Shown here piece after piece: positions 27,226 through 37,498 of a DNA stretch of 64,000 bases. Position 1 is the stretch's first letter, and every line of letters begins with the position of its first letter. This DNA is from Promethearchaeota archaeon. GTDB lineage: Archaea > Asgardarchaeota > Hermodarchaeia > Hermodarchaeales > Hermodarchaeaceae. The position numbers and the translations under genes are program-made. The notes under the pieces were generated by a model. The model did no database searches. It was not told the origin of the DNA and saw nothing but the letters and a program-made list of their open reading frames with translations. The stretch lies in the NCBI GenBank assembly GCA_048939625.1, contig JBHLPH010000001.1:32001-96000 (forward strand), read 5' to 3'.

Positions 27226-28164
27226 CTATTTTGGAGTACGCCGAGTGAGGGAATGGACTTCGCAGGTTCGGTTTTTGCATTCTGTGCATTCAGAGCTTTG
27301 GTGAACCCAATATTGGTCAAAGCGTTGGATGAATTGTGTGACGAATTCGAGGTTATTGGTCCAGGTGGCTTGCTCGCCGATCCCGGATAGCCCCTTGGCT
27401 GTGAAGTTTGCACTCCCTTCTAGAACCTCTGAATCGTCAATAATGACAGATTTGATGTGCATTTGTGCACAGACAAGAATTTCAATCGATGGAGCTTCTT
27501 GAAGAAGTTTCTCGACGGCTTCTTGGAAGTGCTTGGATGCAGCCCCAAATGCTTCTGGTTCACGAATGATGATTCGAATTTGAACACCTTGGTTAGCTTT
27601 TGTGATTAAGCGGTCGAGGAGGTTTACGTCACAGGATTCCGTTCCAACAGTCACTGTTTTGACATCTGTAAAGTTTTGAACCATGATCCGAATACTTTGA
27701 ATTGCCCGATCTAACATCTCCACTAGGGTGAAGGCAATTGAGATCCCATTAAGGAGTTGATGCTGCATAACTTCTGAACCAGTAGAGGAGGGAAGCGAAG
27801 TTTTTTCATCAGTTAATTCGATTTCTTCGACAGTGTCTGTTTCTGGAGATTCAACTGCTTTTTCAACAGCAGATGCAGCTGGAAGGAGATTTTCGTCGTC
27901 TGGAAAAAAACTGTCAAGGGAGTCAACCATGTGTAATGGGAGGGGTTCTTCACGCCTTAGCGCTTTGGTTATTTCAACGAGACTTCGGGCCCTCTGATAT
28001 GCAAGTTTGGACGCTGAACCTGTAGAATGTTTAGCAAGTTCATTAAACGCTTCGGCAGCCTTTAGAGCAGCGTTGGAGGCTCGTTGAAAATCGCCTTGAC
28101 TCATGAACTTGCGGATCAATTGGAGTGCTTCTTTTGCAACGCGTCCAAGTCGGGCCGTGCTCAT
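27226..28164 (-). CDS. MIT-domain / phospholipase D-family (single HKD) fusion protein
   Basis: N-terminal three-helix MIT-like segment; acidic linker; HIKSVIID..GSANFT motif; C-terminal CxxCxxxxC. Confidence 0.85.
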   Translation of the reverse strand: MSTARLGRVAKEALQLIRKFMSQGDFQRASNAALKAAEAFNELAKHSTGSASKLAYQRARSLVEITKALRREEPLPLHMVDSLDSFFPDDENLLPAASAVEKAVESPETDTVEEIELTDEKTSLPSSTGSEVMQHQLLNGISIAFTLVEMLDRAIQSIRIMVQNFTDVKTVTVGTESCDVNLLDRLITKANQGVQIRIIIREPEAFGAASKHFQEAVEKLLQEAPSIEILVCAQMHIKSVIIDDSEVLEGSANFTAKGLSGIGEQATWTNNLEFVTQFIQRFDQYWVHQSSECTECKNRTCEVHSLTRRTPK

Positions 28165-28436
28165 CTTCTAGCCCCATAATTTTGTTCATTTTAGCTACAC
28201 GTCCGAGCCATAAGAAGTTTAGGAACTGGACGCTAATCGGGTGTCAGGGTTGAGGAGACCAGGCCTTTTTTCGTCAGTCAAACTTCACAAGACCCTTCGT
28301 GCAAAACACATTGTTTTCGTGAATTGTCTACGTGGAACTATGTCAAGAAGAATTAAAATTATCGTGAGCGTTTAGTATTCGAATTTGAATGTCGTGTTTT
28401 GTAACAAGGATATTGTGTTTTACACACATTTTCGTT

Positions 28437-28937
28437 TCACTCTAAAAATAAGAGAAGAACAACAGCTCCAAATCCCAGTCCAAATAGTAGACTGCCAAGT
28501 GTTGTGTAGGACTTCAATTCGAAGAGTGCAGGAAGGACAAGGAACGGGAGCGGGATGATGATGGGAACAAGAAGAAGGGTCCAAGCATAGATAAAAGGGC
28601 GAAGAGAATAATTGATGAGAAGAAAGGTAACAGTGAAGACACTGAGTAGACATATACTGGAATTGAACCGGTGATTGCCCTGCTTAGAGGAAGATTGGGC
28701 TAAATCAGTGAGAAGGAGTCTAGAGAGTTGTGGATCGAAATCTGAAATGGGTTGGTCCGTTGGGATTTTTTGGCGTGACTGGGATGGATTTTCAATTATT
28801 AGAAAGGATTGATTTTGTAGGGTTTTGGATTTGTGGTGGCTTCGATATTTTCGATAGATTCGCAGAGTGATGATAATCTCAAGAAAAAAGATAAACAGAA
28901 TCACCATTGTGAGTAGCGAGGAGCAGTTAAGGTTCAC
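28437..28937 (-). CDS. Small membrane protein
   Basis: About 4 TMs; GTG 28937 after SD AGGTGA, overlapping the M28 gene stop. Confidence 0.65.
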   Translation of the reverse strand: MNLNCSSLLTMVILFIFFLEIIITLRIYRKYRSHHKSKTLQNQSFLIIENPSQSRQKIPTDQPISDFDPQLSRLLLTDLAQSSSKQGNHRFNSSICLLSVFTVTFLLINYSLRPFIYAWTLLLVPIIIPLPFLVLPALFELKSYTTLGSLLFGLGFGAVVLLLFLE

Positions 28938-31900
28938 TGTGATCACCTGCTTCCTTCTGTGTGAAAGTTGATTCTGAGAGTATTTTGAATAGCGGTTGAA
29001 TGAGTTCTCTGTTATTACCTTGTAATAGGATATGAAGTTCTTGTCCTTTCTTTTCCCAGGCAAGGACTACGCGGTCATTGGAATAGCGGTTCTTGCCACT
29101 CTTAGTTAATTCTAACTTCTGGATAACCTGCGCTAGTTCGTGCTTTATTTGAGGAGTAAGGCGGAATTGGTGTTCGGCATCATCTTTACTTGTTCCCCAA
29201 TGAATTTGCATTCCCTGATCTCCCGGGAGAACGAACCGGGGAGATTGAGAGGTATTAGCCTGGTTTTGGTGCTGAGAACGTTTTCCATTTCTTAACCAGC
29301 AAATCCCAATAATACAGAGTGCGATTAGAAATGCAGGAGGTAGCAGAGTGAGAATGGTGTTCACTGTGGAATAGCCAACATAAATTGGACTTTCAACAGC
29401 AAGGATTCGTTGGTCACTCGAGTACAGAGCGAGGGATAATGAACGAATGCCGGTATCCATGATTGCCGTGGGGACATATTGGAGTTGGAGGATGATTGAT
29501 CGGGTCGTGTTACTTTGGACGATGACTTGGGTGAATCCCAAGAAATTCGAATCTGCCATAATGTCAAAGATACGGGTTTGGGTTCCTAAGTTGGTGAGAT
29601 TCACCATGACTGAGAAAAGTTGATTCTGCAGGGTAGATTCGGGCTTTTCAAGAACTGTAAGGATGAAGGCAGGTTCAACAATGAGGGGAACGTGGTCGGC
29701 CAGTAAGAGTAGTGAGGAAGTTGAAATCTGGAGAGAGAGGTTATAAGTGCGTGGTGTGCAGCTTGGCTGTATTTCAAGTGTAATATGAAAGACGTTTTCA
29801 CCTGGAATGAGTAAGAGATTGGGTATAGATGTGAATCCAACCTCTTCAGCACTGAGACTGAGGTTTACGTATACTGTGGACATCCAAGAGGAGTTAATTT
29901 TACAAAAAATTGTGAGAAGTTCACCCTGTGGGATAGATGGAAGATATTCGAGGTGTGCTGAGCATAATGCGCGGGGAACAAAGAGAAACCAACCTTCTAG
30001 CTCCAATGCGGAGTGTGCGTGAATCAAGTAGGGCAGTGGGACTTTTAAAAAGAGTGAGACAGACGCAACCCCTGAACCATTTGTGATAACCTGGAATTCC
30101 ATTGAGGTCCCTTGGACTGTCAGGTTGAGGTGGACTAGTTGATCTGTAAGACCCGTCCAATTGGTGAAATCGCCAACGAATATATAGAGTGTTAGAGTCC
30201 TTCCTACGACTGGTTCTTGTTGGTCGAGTCCTAGTCCGATTCCCATCATTTTATGTTCAATAAGCCAGGCTAGTCCGTTTTCGGCAATTGTCTGTACAGT
30301 TGGGGTGTTTGGTAAATTGGGCCCTAAGAAAAGAACCGGAATCGATGTTAATGCCGGAGGAAAATAAGCTAGCGATGACCAGATTGTATTCCCTACTAAG
30401 ACGAGACTTGAGTTGTGGACTGAAACTGCGTGAACAGTTGAGCAATTTCGGAATAACTGGGCAGCTGCACCATTAAGGAGTGAAGAACTCTGTATGACCG
30501 GGTGAAATACTTTGAGCCCATTCACTGTTAGCAGATTCGCACCAAGATCTGTAAAGGTGAGATGTGCAGAATGGTGTAAAAATAAAGCACCCCCCTTACC
30601 CAAAGCAAGGAGAGGAAGGGAATGTCGTGTTAAGTGTAGAATCATTGCATCATTAGTGAAGACTAAAGGATCAATGATTAGGGCTTGATATTTTCCCAGT
30701 CGTGGGTCTAAGTAATCAGTGATTGTAATGTTTGCGATTTCCTTGAAAACCGGAACCCAATCCGCTGATTTATTCGGAGGTGTGGGAGGCAGATCAAAGA
30801 CAAAATCGAAAACAAGACCAAGGATTAGTTGAGTCGTATTTATGAGGTTAATGAGCTTGCAGTGTGACACTCCATCATAGAGAGAATGTTTGTATGGATC
30901 CGGATATTGATTAGTTGATATAGTGATAGCAGGAATTCCATTGGTATGAAAGGTCCATTCGGAGATGCACCAACCAAAATCGTGGTGGAGGTCCTCAATG
31001 GTTTCAATTCGTGGAGTTTGCGTATCGACTAGTGGAATGTTCAGATTCACTGATGTTTCGAGAAGGCTTTGCTGAAGAGGGGAAACATAATCACCGGAAA
31101 AATAGTATAGGGCAAGGATGGTGGGCCAGACGAGCCCAGCATATGCAATTTCATCGATATTTAAGATAAATGCTGTTGATGGGTTGATGCCTAGCGTGAG
31201 AAGACCATGAGAGAGGAGTTGGTTTGAGCCCCATAAGGATTGGGTCCCGTTTCCTTCTTCACCCCCTAAAAATGCAAATAACACATTCCACTTATTGAAG
31301 GATCCAGGGCAGGCAACAAGGATATGTAAGGCTTCAAGTAGGGTTGCAATCCCAGCAGCATTATCATTAGCCCCATGAGCGATGGTGGTTGATAGACCTA
31401 GCAAGTCATACCGGGCAGAATCGAGGTGACAAGTGATTATTATTGTGGAGGCCGAGGTATTAATGCTCCAGGGAGTAACATAGAGATTCCGTGTCCAGAA
31501 ATTCTGGTAGATGAATGTAGTTCCTGTCCATGTGGCTTTAGGGATGCAAAACCAGTCACTAACGAATGAAGTTCCAATCGACATTAGATATGATGCAATA
31601 AAATCAATTGAAGCATTTGCATCCGGATGGAAGGGATGTCTACTATTATATCCAGCAAGGAAAGTGAGAAGACCCATTAGACGTGTCGAATTTACGCAAG
31701 TGGCCATTTCTCGTTGCCAGTAGGCTAGACTTGAACTATTGGTCAGATAAGCGACGGATGGAGGGGACAATACGGGTGGAGAAACAGAGCAGGAATTCAG
31801 AGAGGGCAGAGCCGCGACTTGTGACCAAGCATTAGGGGTTGTAAGAGACACAGAAAAACACGGTTCTGTGAAAGGTAGCATTGAGGTGATACTACTAAGC

Positions 31901-31944
31901 AGCAGACAAATGAATACCAGCGAAAGAACTGTGACTCGCCTCAT
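28927..31944 (-). CDS. Large membrane-anchored surface protein with M28 metallopeptidase domain and Ig-like repeats
   Basis: CHLDS, GANDNAAG, GGEEG, NIDEI, HSLYD Zn-ligand set; beta-rich C-half; TM near the C-terminus. Confidence 0.88.
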   Translation of the reverse strand: MRRVTVLSLVFICLLLSSITSMLPFTEPCFSVSLTTPNAWSQVAALPSLNSCSVSPPVLSPPSVAYLTNSSSLAYWQREMATCVNSTRLMGLLTFLAGYNSRHPFHPDANASIDFIASYLMSIGTSFVSDWFCIPKATWTGTTFIYQNFWTRNLYVTPWSINTSASTIIITCHLDSARYDLLGLSTTIAHGANDNAAGIATLLEALHILVACPGSFNKWNVLFAFLGGEEGNGTQSLWGSNQLLSHGLLTLGINPSTAFILNIDEIAYAGLVWPTILALYYFSGDYVSPLQQSLLETSVNLNIPLVDTQTPRIETIEDLHHDFGWCISEWTFHTNGIPAITISTNQYPDPYKHSLYDGVSHCKLINLINTTQLILGLVFDFVFDLPPTPPNKSADWVPVFKEIANITITDYLDPRLGKYQALIIDPLVFTNDAMILHLTRHSLPLLALGKGGALFLHHSAHLTFTDLGANLLTVNGLKVFHPVIQSSSLLNGAAAQLFRNCSTVHAVSVHNSSLVLVGNTIWSSLAYFPPALTSIPVLFLGPNLPNTPTVQTIAENGLAWLIEHKMMGIGLGLDQQEPVVGRTLTLYIFVGDFTNWTGLTDQLVHLNLTVQGTSMEFQVITNGSGVASVSLFLKVPLPYLIHAHSALELEGWFLFVPRALCSAHLEYLPSIPQGELLTIFCKINSSWMSTVYVNLSLSAEEVGFTSIPNLLLIPGENVFHITLEIQPSCTPRTYNLSLQISTSSLLLLADHVPLIVEPAFILTVLEKPESTLQNQLFSVMVNLTNLGTQTRIFDIMADSNFLGFTQVIVQSNTTRSIILQLQYVPTAIMDTGIRSLSLALYSSDQRILAVESPIYVGYSTVNTILTLLPPAFLIALCIIGICWLRNGKRSQHQNQANTSQSPRFVLPGDQGMQIHWGTSKDDAEHQFRLTPQIKHELAQVIQKLELTKSGKNRYSNDRVVLAWEKKGQELHILLQGNNRELIQPLFKILSESTFTQKEAGDHSEP

Positions 31945-31968
31945 GGGTTCTTCGCTACCCTGGCGAAA

Positions 31969-31993
31969 TTTGGTTCGTTTATATGCGTTATGG
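31969..31993 (-). promoter_or_regulatory. Promoter (TATA plus downstream CGAACC) of the M28 gene
   Basis: Minus strand CCATAACGCATATAAACGAACCAAA; 21/25 identical to 37523-37499. Confidence 0.65.
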
Positions 31994-32115
31994 TGAGCAA
32001 TGTTACTCGGGCTACAGGAGAGAATCTTGGCGAAAAAATCCGATGTTTAAATATGTATGAGCTGGTTTTTTGCTTAGATAGACTAGAGGAGAAGTATCAG
32101 TTTTGTTCAGAAAAA

Positions 32116-32532
32116 TTAAGTGAGTGGGATGATACGGATGGTATCTTCCCTTTTCTCTAGAAAGCCTTCAGCATGGAGGGTTTTAATTGCCTCTTGCACT
32201 TCTTTTGGAATGAGCCCAGCTTCAATTGAACGTCGAAATACCTCTTGGACGGGTAACCATTTTGGAGTATCTAAGTAATGGGAGCGAAGAAGCTGGAGAA
32301 TTTGCTTTGTTGGACGAAGATCTGTTCCCTGGGGTATTATTCCTTGAAAGACGTATTGTTTTTGTTGAATCTGCTTTTTTGCTTCTTTGGCACTAATGAC
32401 TAAAGTTCCGTGTAATTCGTGAAGCGCGATTTTTACTTTACATCGCGGGCAGAAGTTACTGGGTACTATATCTGGGATGTAGGCGTATTCTAAACAATGG
32501 GGGCATTGGATTACTTTGTACTGTTTGGACAT
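32116..32532 (-). CDS. Zn-ribbon plus C-terminal winged-helix protein (DUF1922-like)
   Basis: CPHC...CPRC; VQEAIKTLHAEGFLE; start set at MSKQYK (32532). Confidence 0.75.
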   Translation of the reverse strand: MSKQYKVIQCPHCLEYAYIPDIVPSNFCPRCKVKIALHELHGTLVISAKEAKKQIQQKQYVFQGIIPQGTDLRPTKQILQLLRSHYLDTPKWLPVQEVFRRSIEAGLIPKEVQEAIKTLHAEGFLEKREDTIRIIPLT

Positions 32533-32533
32533 T

Positions 32534-35500
32534 TTAATCATCATCCAGTGAATCAGTGGAGCTCGTTTCACCGGGTTGATTAGTAAGAAATTGGAGTAAT
32601 TCATGAGATGACTCAAGTATGGTTTTCTGAGAAGGACGAATGCGGCTTAAGAAGTCATTAAGCCGCTTCTGCTGACGTATGAATAAGAAAGCACCTATTA
32701 TTACTCCGAATATCATTACGATGAGGGACCAAATGAGAAGGGAAGTATCAACGCCTCCGATACGGTTCAGGGGATTTCGAACTAATAAGGGGGTTGTCGC
32801 CTGACAAGGAACAAATCCACGTTGTCCTTCGAAGCGAACCGTGATAGTGTAGATTCCAGGTTGGGGTGTCATTATTGTTAGTTGACCGATGCCCATGGAA
32901 TCTGTTTTGATTATAAAAGTGTCGAGGAGGGTGGTATCTTGACTAAGTAATTGCACGGTTAGATTGGCTACAAGACCTAAAGAAAGAGTTTCGTTAGTAT
33001 AAGACAATTGAACTTCTATTTGGAGAGTTGGCTGCAAAAGAATATCTTCTATCTCTAGGGGGGTAACTGTGAGTTTGAGTGTTGGTAGTATAACTCCTTG
33101 TAATGTTATGAGTAATGTTGCCTGGCTTTCATGATAGATATCCGGAGCGTCCAGTTGCCCGAAGAGGACAATGATTAGATGCTCACCGGTGATTTCAGTA
33201 TACTGTGTTGTGAGTGTGATTTCACCATAACCGTTAGAGATGGTGACATGCTGTCGCAATACTCCATCCCAGTAAAGAGCGGCAGTGCCATTGGGAGTGA
33301 GAGACATACCTGTGGTGATAGTGAGTTCGATGAAGATAGTGTCGCCGGCATAGACAGATGTTGAGTTGCTTGAGACGGAAAGGGAGGTGGTATCCCGAAG
33401 GAGAACTTGGAGTGATGAGGATACCCAGGAGTCATGTGTACTGGTTTCAGTGATCATAAGGTGTAAGTCCCGGTATCCGAGAGAACCACCTGCGATCCAT
33501 TGGCAATTAGCTTCACCCCACATATCGGTTGAAGCTGTTACTAAGAGGACTTCACCTTCGTAGAGACCCACTAGTAGATTGGGTAGGAGAGATCCATTGA
33601 GAGCATCTGAGACCTTGATTTGAAAATTGGTTTGGTTGCCGATGAAAAATGTGGAGGAGGGTAATATGTTGATAGTACATGCAAGGGGACGACGACTAAC
33701 TTGAATCATTGTGGTTGTCTGAGAGGCATTATACATTTCGCACTCAGCAAATTTTACACTAATTTGCCATTGTCCTACTTTGTCAGGTGTCCAGGAGCCC
33801 AGTGCAAGACCGGTTTGATTTGTGGTTAAGCTGTCAGAATGATAGGGAATGGAATCACCTGGCCGAGTAAAGTTAAAAGTGACCCTAAAGCCTGTGAGCT
33901 TCGTGCCACTTTCATTATTGAGACTAATTTCTATGGCCACAGGATCAAACAGAACTGGAGTTTCTGGCAGGATATTCTCTACGAGTAATGTGGTATCAAA
34001 CACTATTACCATAATTTGAGTTGTCTTAGTGTGGAAATTACAGTAAGGTACACTGGCATTGACGTGGAGAATGTGGCTGGTAGGTTCAAGATTTTGTGTT
34101 GGAATGGATACGTGATACTGGCTCGAACCGGCATAGCTTGCAGTATAGGTTACTGATGTTGTTAATAATGTCAGTACAACTTCTCCATTTGCAATGGGGT
34201 ATTGGGGCAAACTCGCGCCTGCGAGTCCAACATTGATCGTGACATTGAGCGGAATGCTTCGGGGAACCAAGGTTCCAGGCACAAAGGTAGTATTGAGGGA
34301 AAGAACACCCCATCCTGTACAGAAACTTGATGTAATCGAATAAGCAGGAATTGAGCCGGGGGAAAAGGCGAGAAGTGTGAGGTTCTGAGGACCTAGGGCG
34401 TTTAGATTGACTGGAATGAGCTCTTGAAGCATGAATGAGCCAGGAGGATTAATCCCACAAGAACTGAGAAAGGTGGTGTTGAAGAGGAGGGTTTGGATTT
34501 GAATTTTTTCCGGCAGTTGTCCCCATCTTGTTTCGATTACTGTTGCTGATAGAGCGAAAGGGTCACCAAGAGCAACAGTGCCAAGAGGAGACGAGATTTG
34601 CGTGAGATGTAGGATTGGGCTAACATCCAGATAAGAGAGAAGATTCATGCGTTGAACTAGTTCGAGCCCTAAGCTGATCAGGTATGGGATCCATTTGCCT
34701 TTAGGAAGAAGTGGTTCTGTGACTAATCCTTCATAGGAAAAGGCGGCGAGAAGCCGGTTATGAATGATTGACCAATCAGGACCTTGGAAGGCATTAGGAT
34801 TGAGTCCCATTTCAACCAGGAAATACAAGATTTCGGTGGCATAATAGACGCTAATCAAAGATGCATTCCCGTGGATGTACTGCTTAGCGAACATCGCTAG
34901 TTTATCTCCATTGAGACCCGAAAGGGAAGGATTCAGATAGGCATAAGCGCGTAGCCCAAGCCAGGTTTCAGCGAGATACTCATCAGCAGCTCGCCATTGA
35001 GCAGGCAGAAAAATCGGATGGGCTAGGTCTTGGAAATATTGATGAGTTGCATTATCTTGTAAGCAGCTGGTTAGGTAGGCAAGTATTGCTGATGCATTAT
35101 TCAGGTCTGTGGGTAGTCCACCTAGCCCTTGATGGGCTAATAAATTCCAGCAGGTTGTATCGAAACGGAAAGTTAGATCACTTTCGTGACCAACATAGAG
35201 ATGATGAATTCCCAACATTCCTGTATATTCTGAAGCTGTTGTTTGGCAGGCTTCGATTTCTTGTCGAATATGAAAGGCTCGTGTTGTCCAAGGTTCATAA
35301 TTTAGCCCTAGTTTTGCCATCAATTGGCTATACCCATAGTGATAGAGCGGTCCGAAGGTACCCGTTTCCAAGACGATACGATCAGGCGTTGGACTATCCG
35401 TGTCGATTCCTATAGAAGATGGAAGTTGATGGGCTACAAAAGAGCTGCGACTTGTGGACCAACAATTATCCAGATAGCTCAGAAAGGCTGAAAGGTTCAA

Positions 35501-37459
35501 AAAGTTCAACCCGTCAACCTGCCATAAAATTAGGATTATATCAACGCTTGATAAAAAATCACCAAAAATAACCGGTTCAGTTGCCCCACCCCAGCCCGTT
35601 AAACAATGAGTTAGATATTCGAGTAGAGTAGGTTCAGTAGTGCCTAATCCGCCAGTCAAGGCTAGCGCTTGGGCACCGTACCAAGTTTCATCGGGTGAAT
35701 TGTGAAAATCATGAAGCAAATCACCCCGTCCCCATCCTCCGTTAGGAAATTGATTTGTTAGAATATAGGTGCGACTAGCACTCGAATTGTATATGGGTAA
35801 TTTACCAAGAATAGAAAGGATTTGGAGAGCACAAGAAGTGCCAAGTATCCACTCATCTGAGTCCATGGAATATTTTGTATCGAAGACACTGCTTCCTATT
35901 GGTTCCTCACAGTTAGCAAGGAAAAGAAGAAGCGCCGTTTGATTGATGGCATCTAGTGCTTCAAGTTGAACAAGAGCCTTGAGTGCATGCAGAGTGTCAA
36001 TCAGGCTTGCGCTGAAGCTACCACTCGCTGAGGAATAGAAGCCACCGTATTCAGAATCTAGGGGATTAAGCTCTTGACAGGCAACCACAAAGTCGAGTGC
36101 AGCCTGAACATCAATGGCACTAAGTTGGTCAAGAGCTGATAGGCTTTCTAGCGCAAAACTGGTCGCGGCTAGGGTGGTCTGTTGTGCGTCGATTTCAGTG
36201 AAGAAGCCTCCTGAAATAGCATCTTGACATGAAGCTAGATACGCGCTGATTTGGGTCTGGTTAAATTGGTCAAGGATATTCAAATCCTTAGCCATGAGAA
36301 CACCCATGGCTGTGGTCATGCAACGATCGTTGAGCTGTGAACTTGCTAAATCTTCAAAGAAACCGAGAAGAGGATTATAACAGGTATTTAGCCATGATGC
36401 AAAACTGGAGATGTTCACAGCTAAATCAAAGGATTCAACCAAGTTGGTCACATAATACGAGAAGCGAAGCGATGGCTCAAGCGGATACCCAAACCCACCA
36501 GCACCTTGGATCTTCCAGTATCCTTCGGTTACATTCGAGGGTAATTGCCAATTGGAAAGCGTGTTTCCGAGCCGTTGTTGAAGGGTTGGACGGATTAACC
36601 AGTGTATGAGATTTTCACAAAACTGCTTGCCATGAATATTCAGGTTTTCTACTTGATTGATTCCCCAATAGTAAATGAAGGGAGTATTAACGAGTTTGCG
36701 GAACCAAAGGAGCTGAACACCAGACCCATCAAAGTTTGTTCCTAAAATTTCCGCTTTATCAGGTAATGCTGTTTTACGATAGGCATCGTAATGGACTAGT
36801 TGTGAATAGAGCCCATACCGTCCACTGCTTAGTGGAATGTTATGGGGAAGAGAGAAAATCTGAGAGCTATTAAGGGGTGACCAAAGATATCGTTCAACAG
36901 AGGGAATGAAGTGGGTCACTGGATTAAAACCATAAAGGCGATCTAGCACTTCATGACCATATCCGAGAAGTAAAAGTGGTTGGGAATAATTACTAAGAAT
37001 TTCCGCTGCATTCTGGCTAACGCCGAATGATGCATCACTTGTCCCTACACTCGGTGTAACGATGATTAGATCATTTCCTGAGGTATAGGTTAGGTTATTA
37101 ATGTGCGAGATAGTGGTATTGAAGCCTAGGTTTTGAAAGAAAGTGACCCAAACCTCTACTGGTTCCTGATGGGATTCATTTACATAATCACCATAGATAA
37201 GCATGAGATTACCGAAAGTGAGGAGGGATTGTGCGTTCTCCGGTGCTGGTAGTTCTCTGAAGGGTATTGCTGAATAAGGAGAATATGAAGAAGAGGTTGT
37301 AAGGGGTTGTTGGTATGCTTGAATTTCGTTGGGAGGTGATAATGCCCCCAATCTAGTCTCTGCTTCTTCGAAGAGAGTTAGAGGGTGACCACTAAGAAGA
37401 GGAAGAAGAAAAAGACAAAGGAAAATAATATGACGCAAACAGTATTTGTAACGGGACAT
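32534..37459 (-). CDS. Giant surface protein with prenyltransferase/squalene-cyclase-type alpha/alpha-barrel repeats and Ig-like stalk
   Basis: Signal peptide; repeats CQDAISGGF, CQE..YGGF, NQFPNGGWG; T(N/D)xxG Ig-like repeats; C-terminal TM. Confidence 0.85.
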   Translation of the reverse strand: MSRYKYCLRHIIFLCLFLLPLLSGHPLTLFEEAETRLGALSPPNEIQAYQQPLTTSSSYSPYSAIPFRELPAPENAQSLLTFGNLMLIYGDYVNESHQEPVEVWVTFFQNLGFNTTISHINNLTYTSGNDLIIVTPSVGTSDASFGVSQNAAEILSNYSQPLLLLGYGHEVLDRLYGFNPVTHFIPSVERYLWSPLNSSQIFSLPHNIPLSSGRYGLYSQLVHYDAYRKTALPDKAEILGTNFDGSGVQLLWFRKLVNTPFIYYWGINQVENLNIHGKQFCENLIHWLIRPTLQQRLGNTLSNWQLPSNVTEGYWKIQGAGGFGYPLEPSLRFSYYVTNLVESFDLAVNISSFASWLNTCYNPLLGFFEDLASSQLNDRCMTTAMGVLMAKDLNILDQFNQTQISAYLASCQDAISGGFFTEIDAQQTTLAATSFALESLSALDQLSAIDVQAALDFVVACQELNPLDSEYGGFYSSASGSFSASLIDTLHALKALVQLEALDAINQTALLLFLANCEEPIGSSVFDTKYSMDSDEWILGTSCALQILSILGKLPIYNSSASRTYILTNQFPNGGWGRGDLLHDFHNSPDETWYGAQALALTGGLGTTEPTLLEYLTHCLTGWGGATEPVIFGDFLSSVDIILILWQVDGLNFLNLSAFLSYLDNCWSTSRSSFVAHQLPSSIGIDTDSPTPDRIVLETGTFGPLYHYGYSQLMAKLGLNYEPWTTRAFHIRQEIEACQTTASEYTGMLGIHHLYVGHESDLTFRFDTTCWNLLAHQGLGGLPTDLNNASAILAYLTSCLQDNATHQYFQDLAHPIFLPAQWRAADEYLAETWLGLRAYAYLNPSLSGLNGDKLAMFAKQYIHGNASLISVYYATEILYFLVEMGLNPNAFQGPDWSIIHNRLLAAFSYEGLVTEPLLPKGKWIPYLISLGLELVQRMNLLSYLDVSPILHLTQISSPLGTVALGDPFALSATVIETRWGQLPEKIQIQTLLFNTTFLSSCGINPPGSFMLQELIPVNLNALGPQNLTLLAFSPGSIPAYSITSSFCTGWGVLSLNTTFVPGTLVPRSIPLNVTINVGLAGASLPQYPIANGEVVLTLLTTSVTYTASYAGSSQYHVSIPTQNLEPTSHILHVNASVPYCNFHTKTTQIMVIVFDTTLLVENILPETPVLFDPVAIEISLNNESGTKLTGFRVTFNFTRPGDSIPYHSDSLTTNQTGLALGSWTPDKVGQWQISVKFAECEMYNASQTTTMIQVSRRPLACTINILPSSTFFIGNQTNFQIKVSDALNGSLLPNLLVGLYEGEVLLVTASTDMWGEANCQWIAGGSLGYRDLHLMITETSTHDSWVSSSLQVLLRDTTSLSVSSNSTSVYAGDTIFIELTITTGMSLTPNGTAALYWDGVLRQHVTISNGYGEITLTTQYTEITGEHLIIVLFGQLDAPDIYHESQATLLITLQGVILPTLKLTVTPLEIEDILLQPTLQIEVQLSYTNETLSLGLVANLTVQLLSQDTTLLDTFIIKTDSMGIGQLTIMTPQPGIYTITVRFEGQRGFVPCQATTPLLVRNPLNRIGGVDTSLLIWSLIVMIFGVIIGAFLFIRQQKRLNDFLSRIRPSQKTILESSHELLQFLTNQPGETSSTDSLDDD

Positions 37460-37498
37460 AAGTTGTAAGCTCTTGTGAATGGTTGGCGCAGCGGGGTT

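Noticed and set aside
24085-28164. Mrr-like nuclease plus PLD as an antiphage defence island
   Set aside because: The genes are on opposite strands, with no methylase, helicase, ATPase or mobility genes; the PLD carries a MIT-like domain instead.
28131-28207. Upstream sequence that also encodes LGRVAK, echoing the MIT-PLD N-terminus
   Set aside because: Only about 13/17 nt, out of frame and not extendable; cannot be distinguished from chance.
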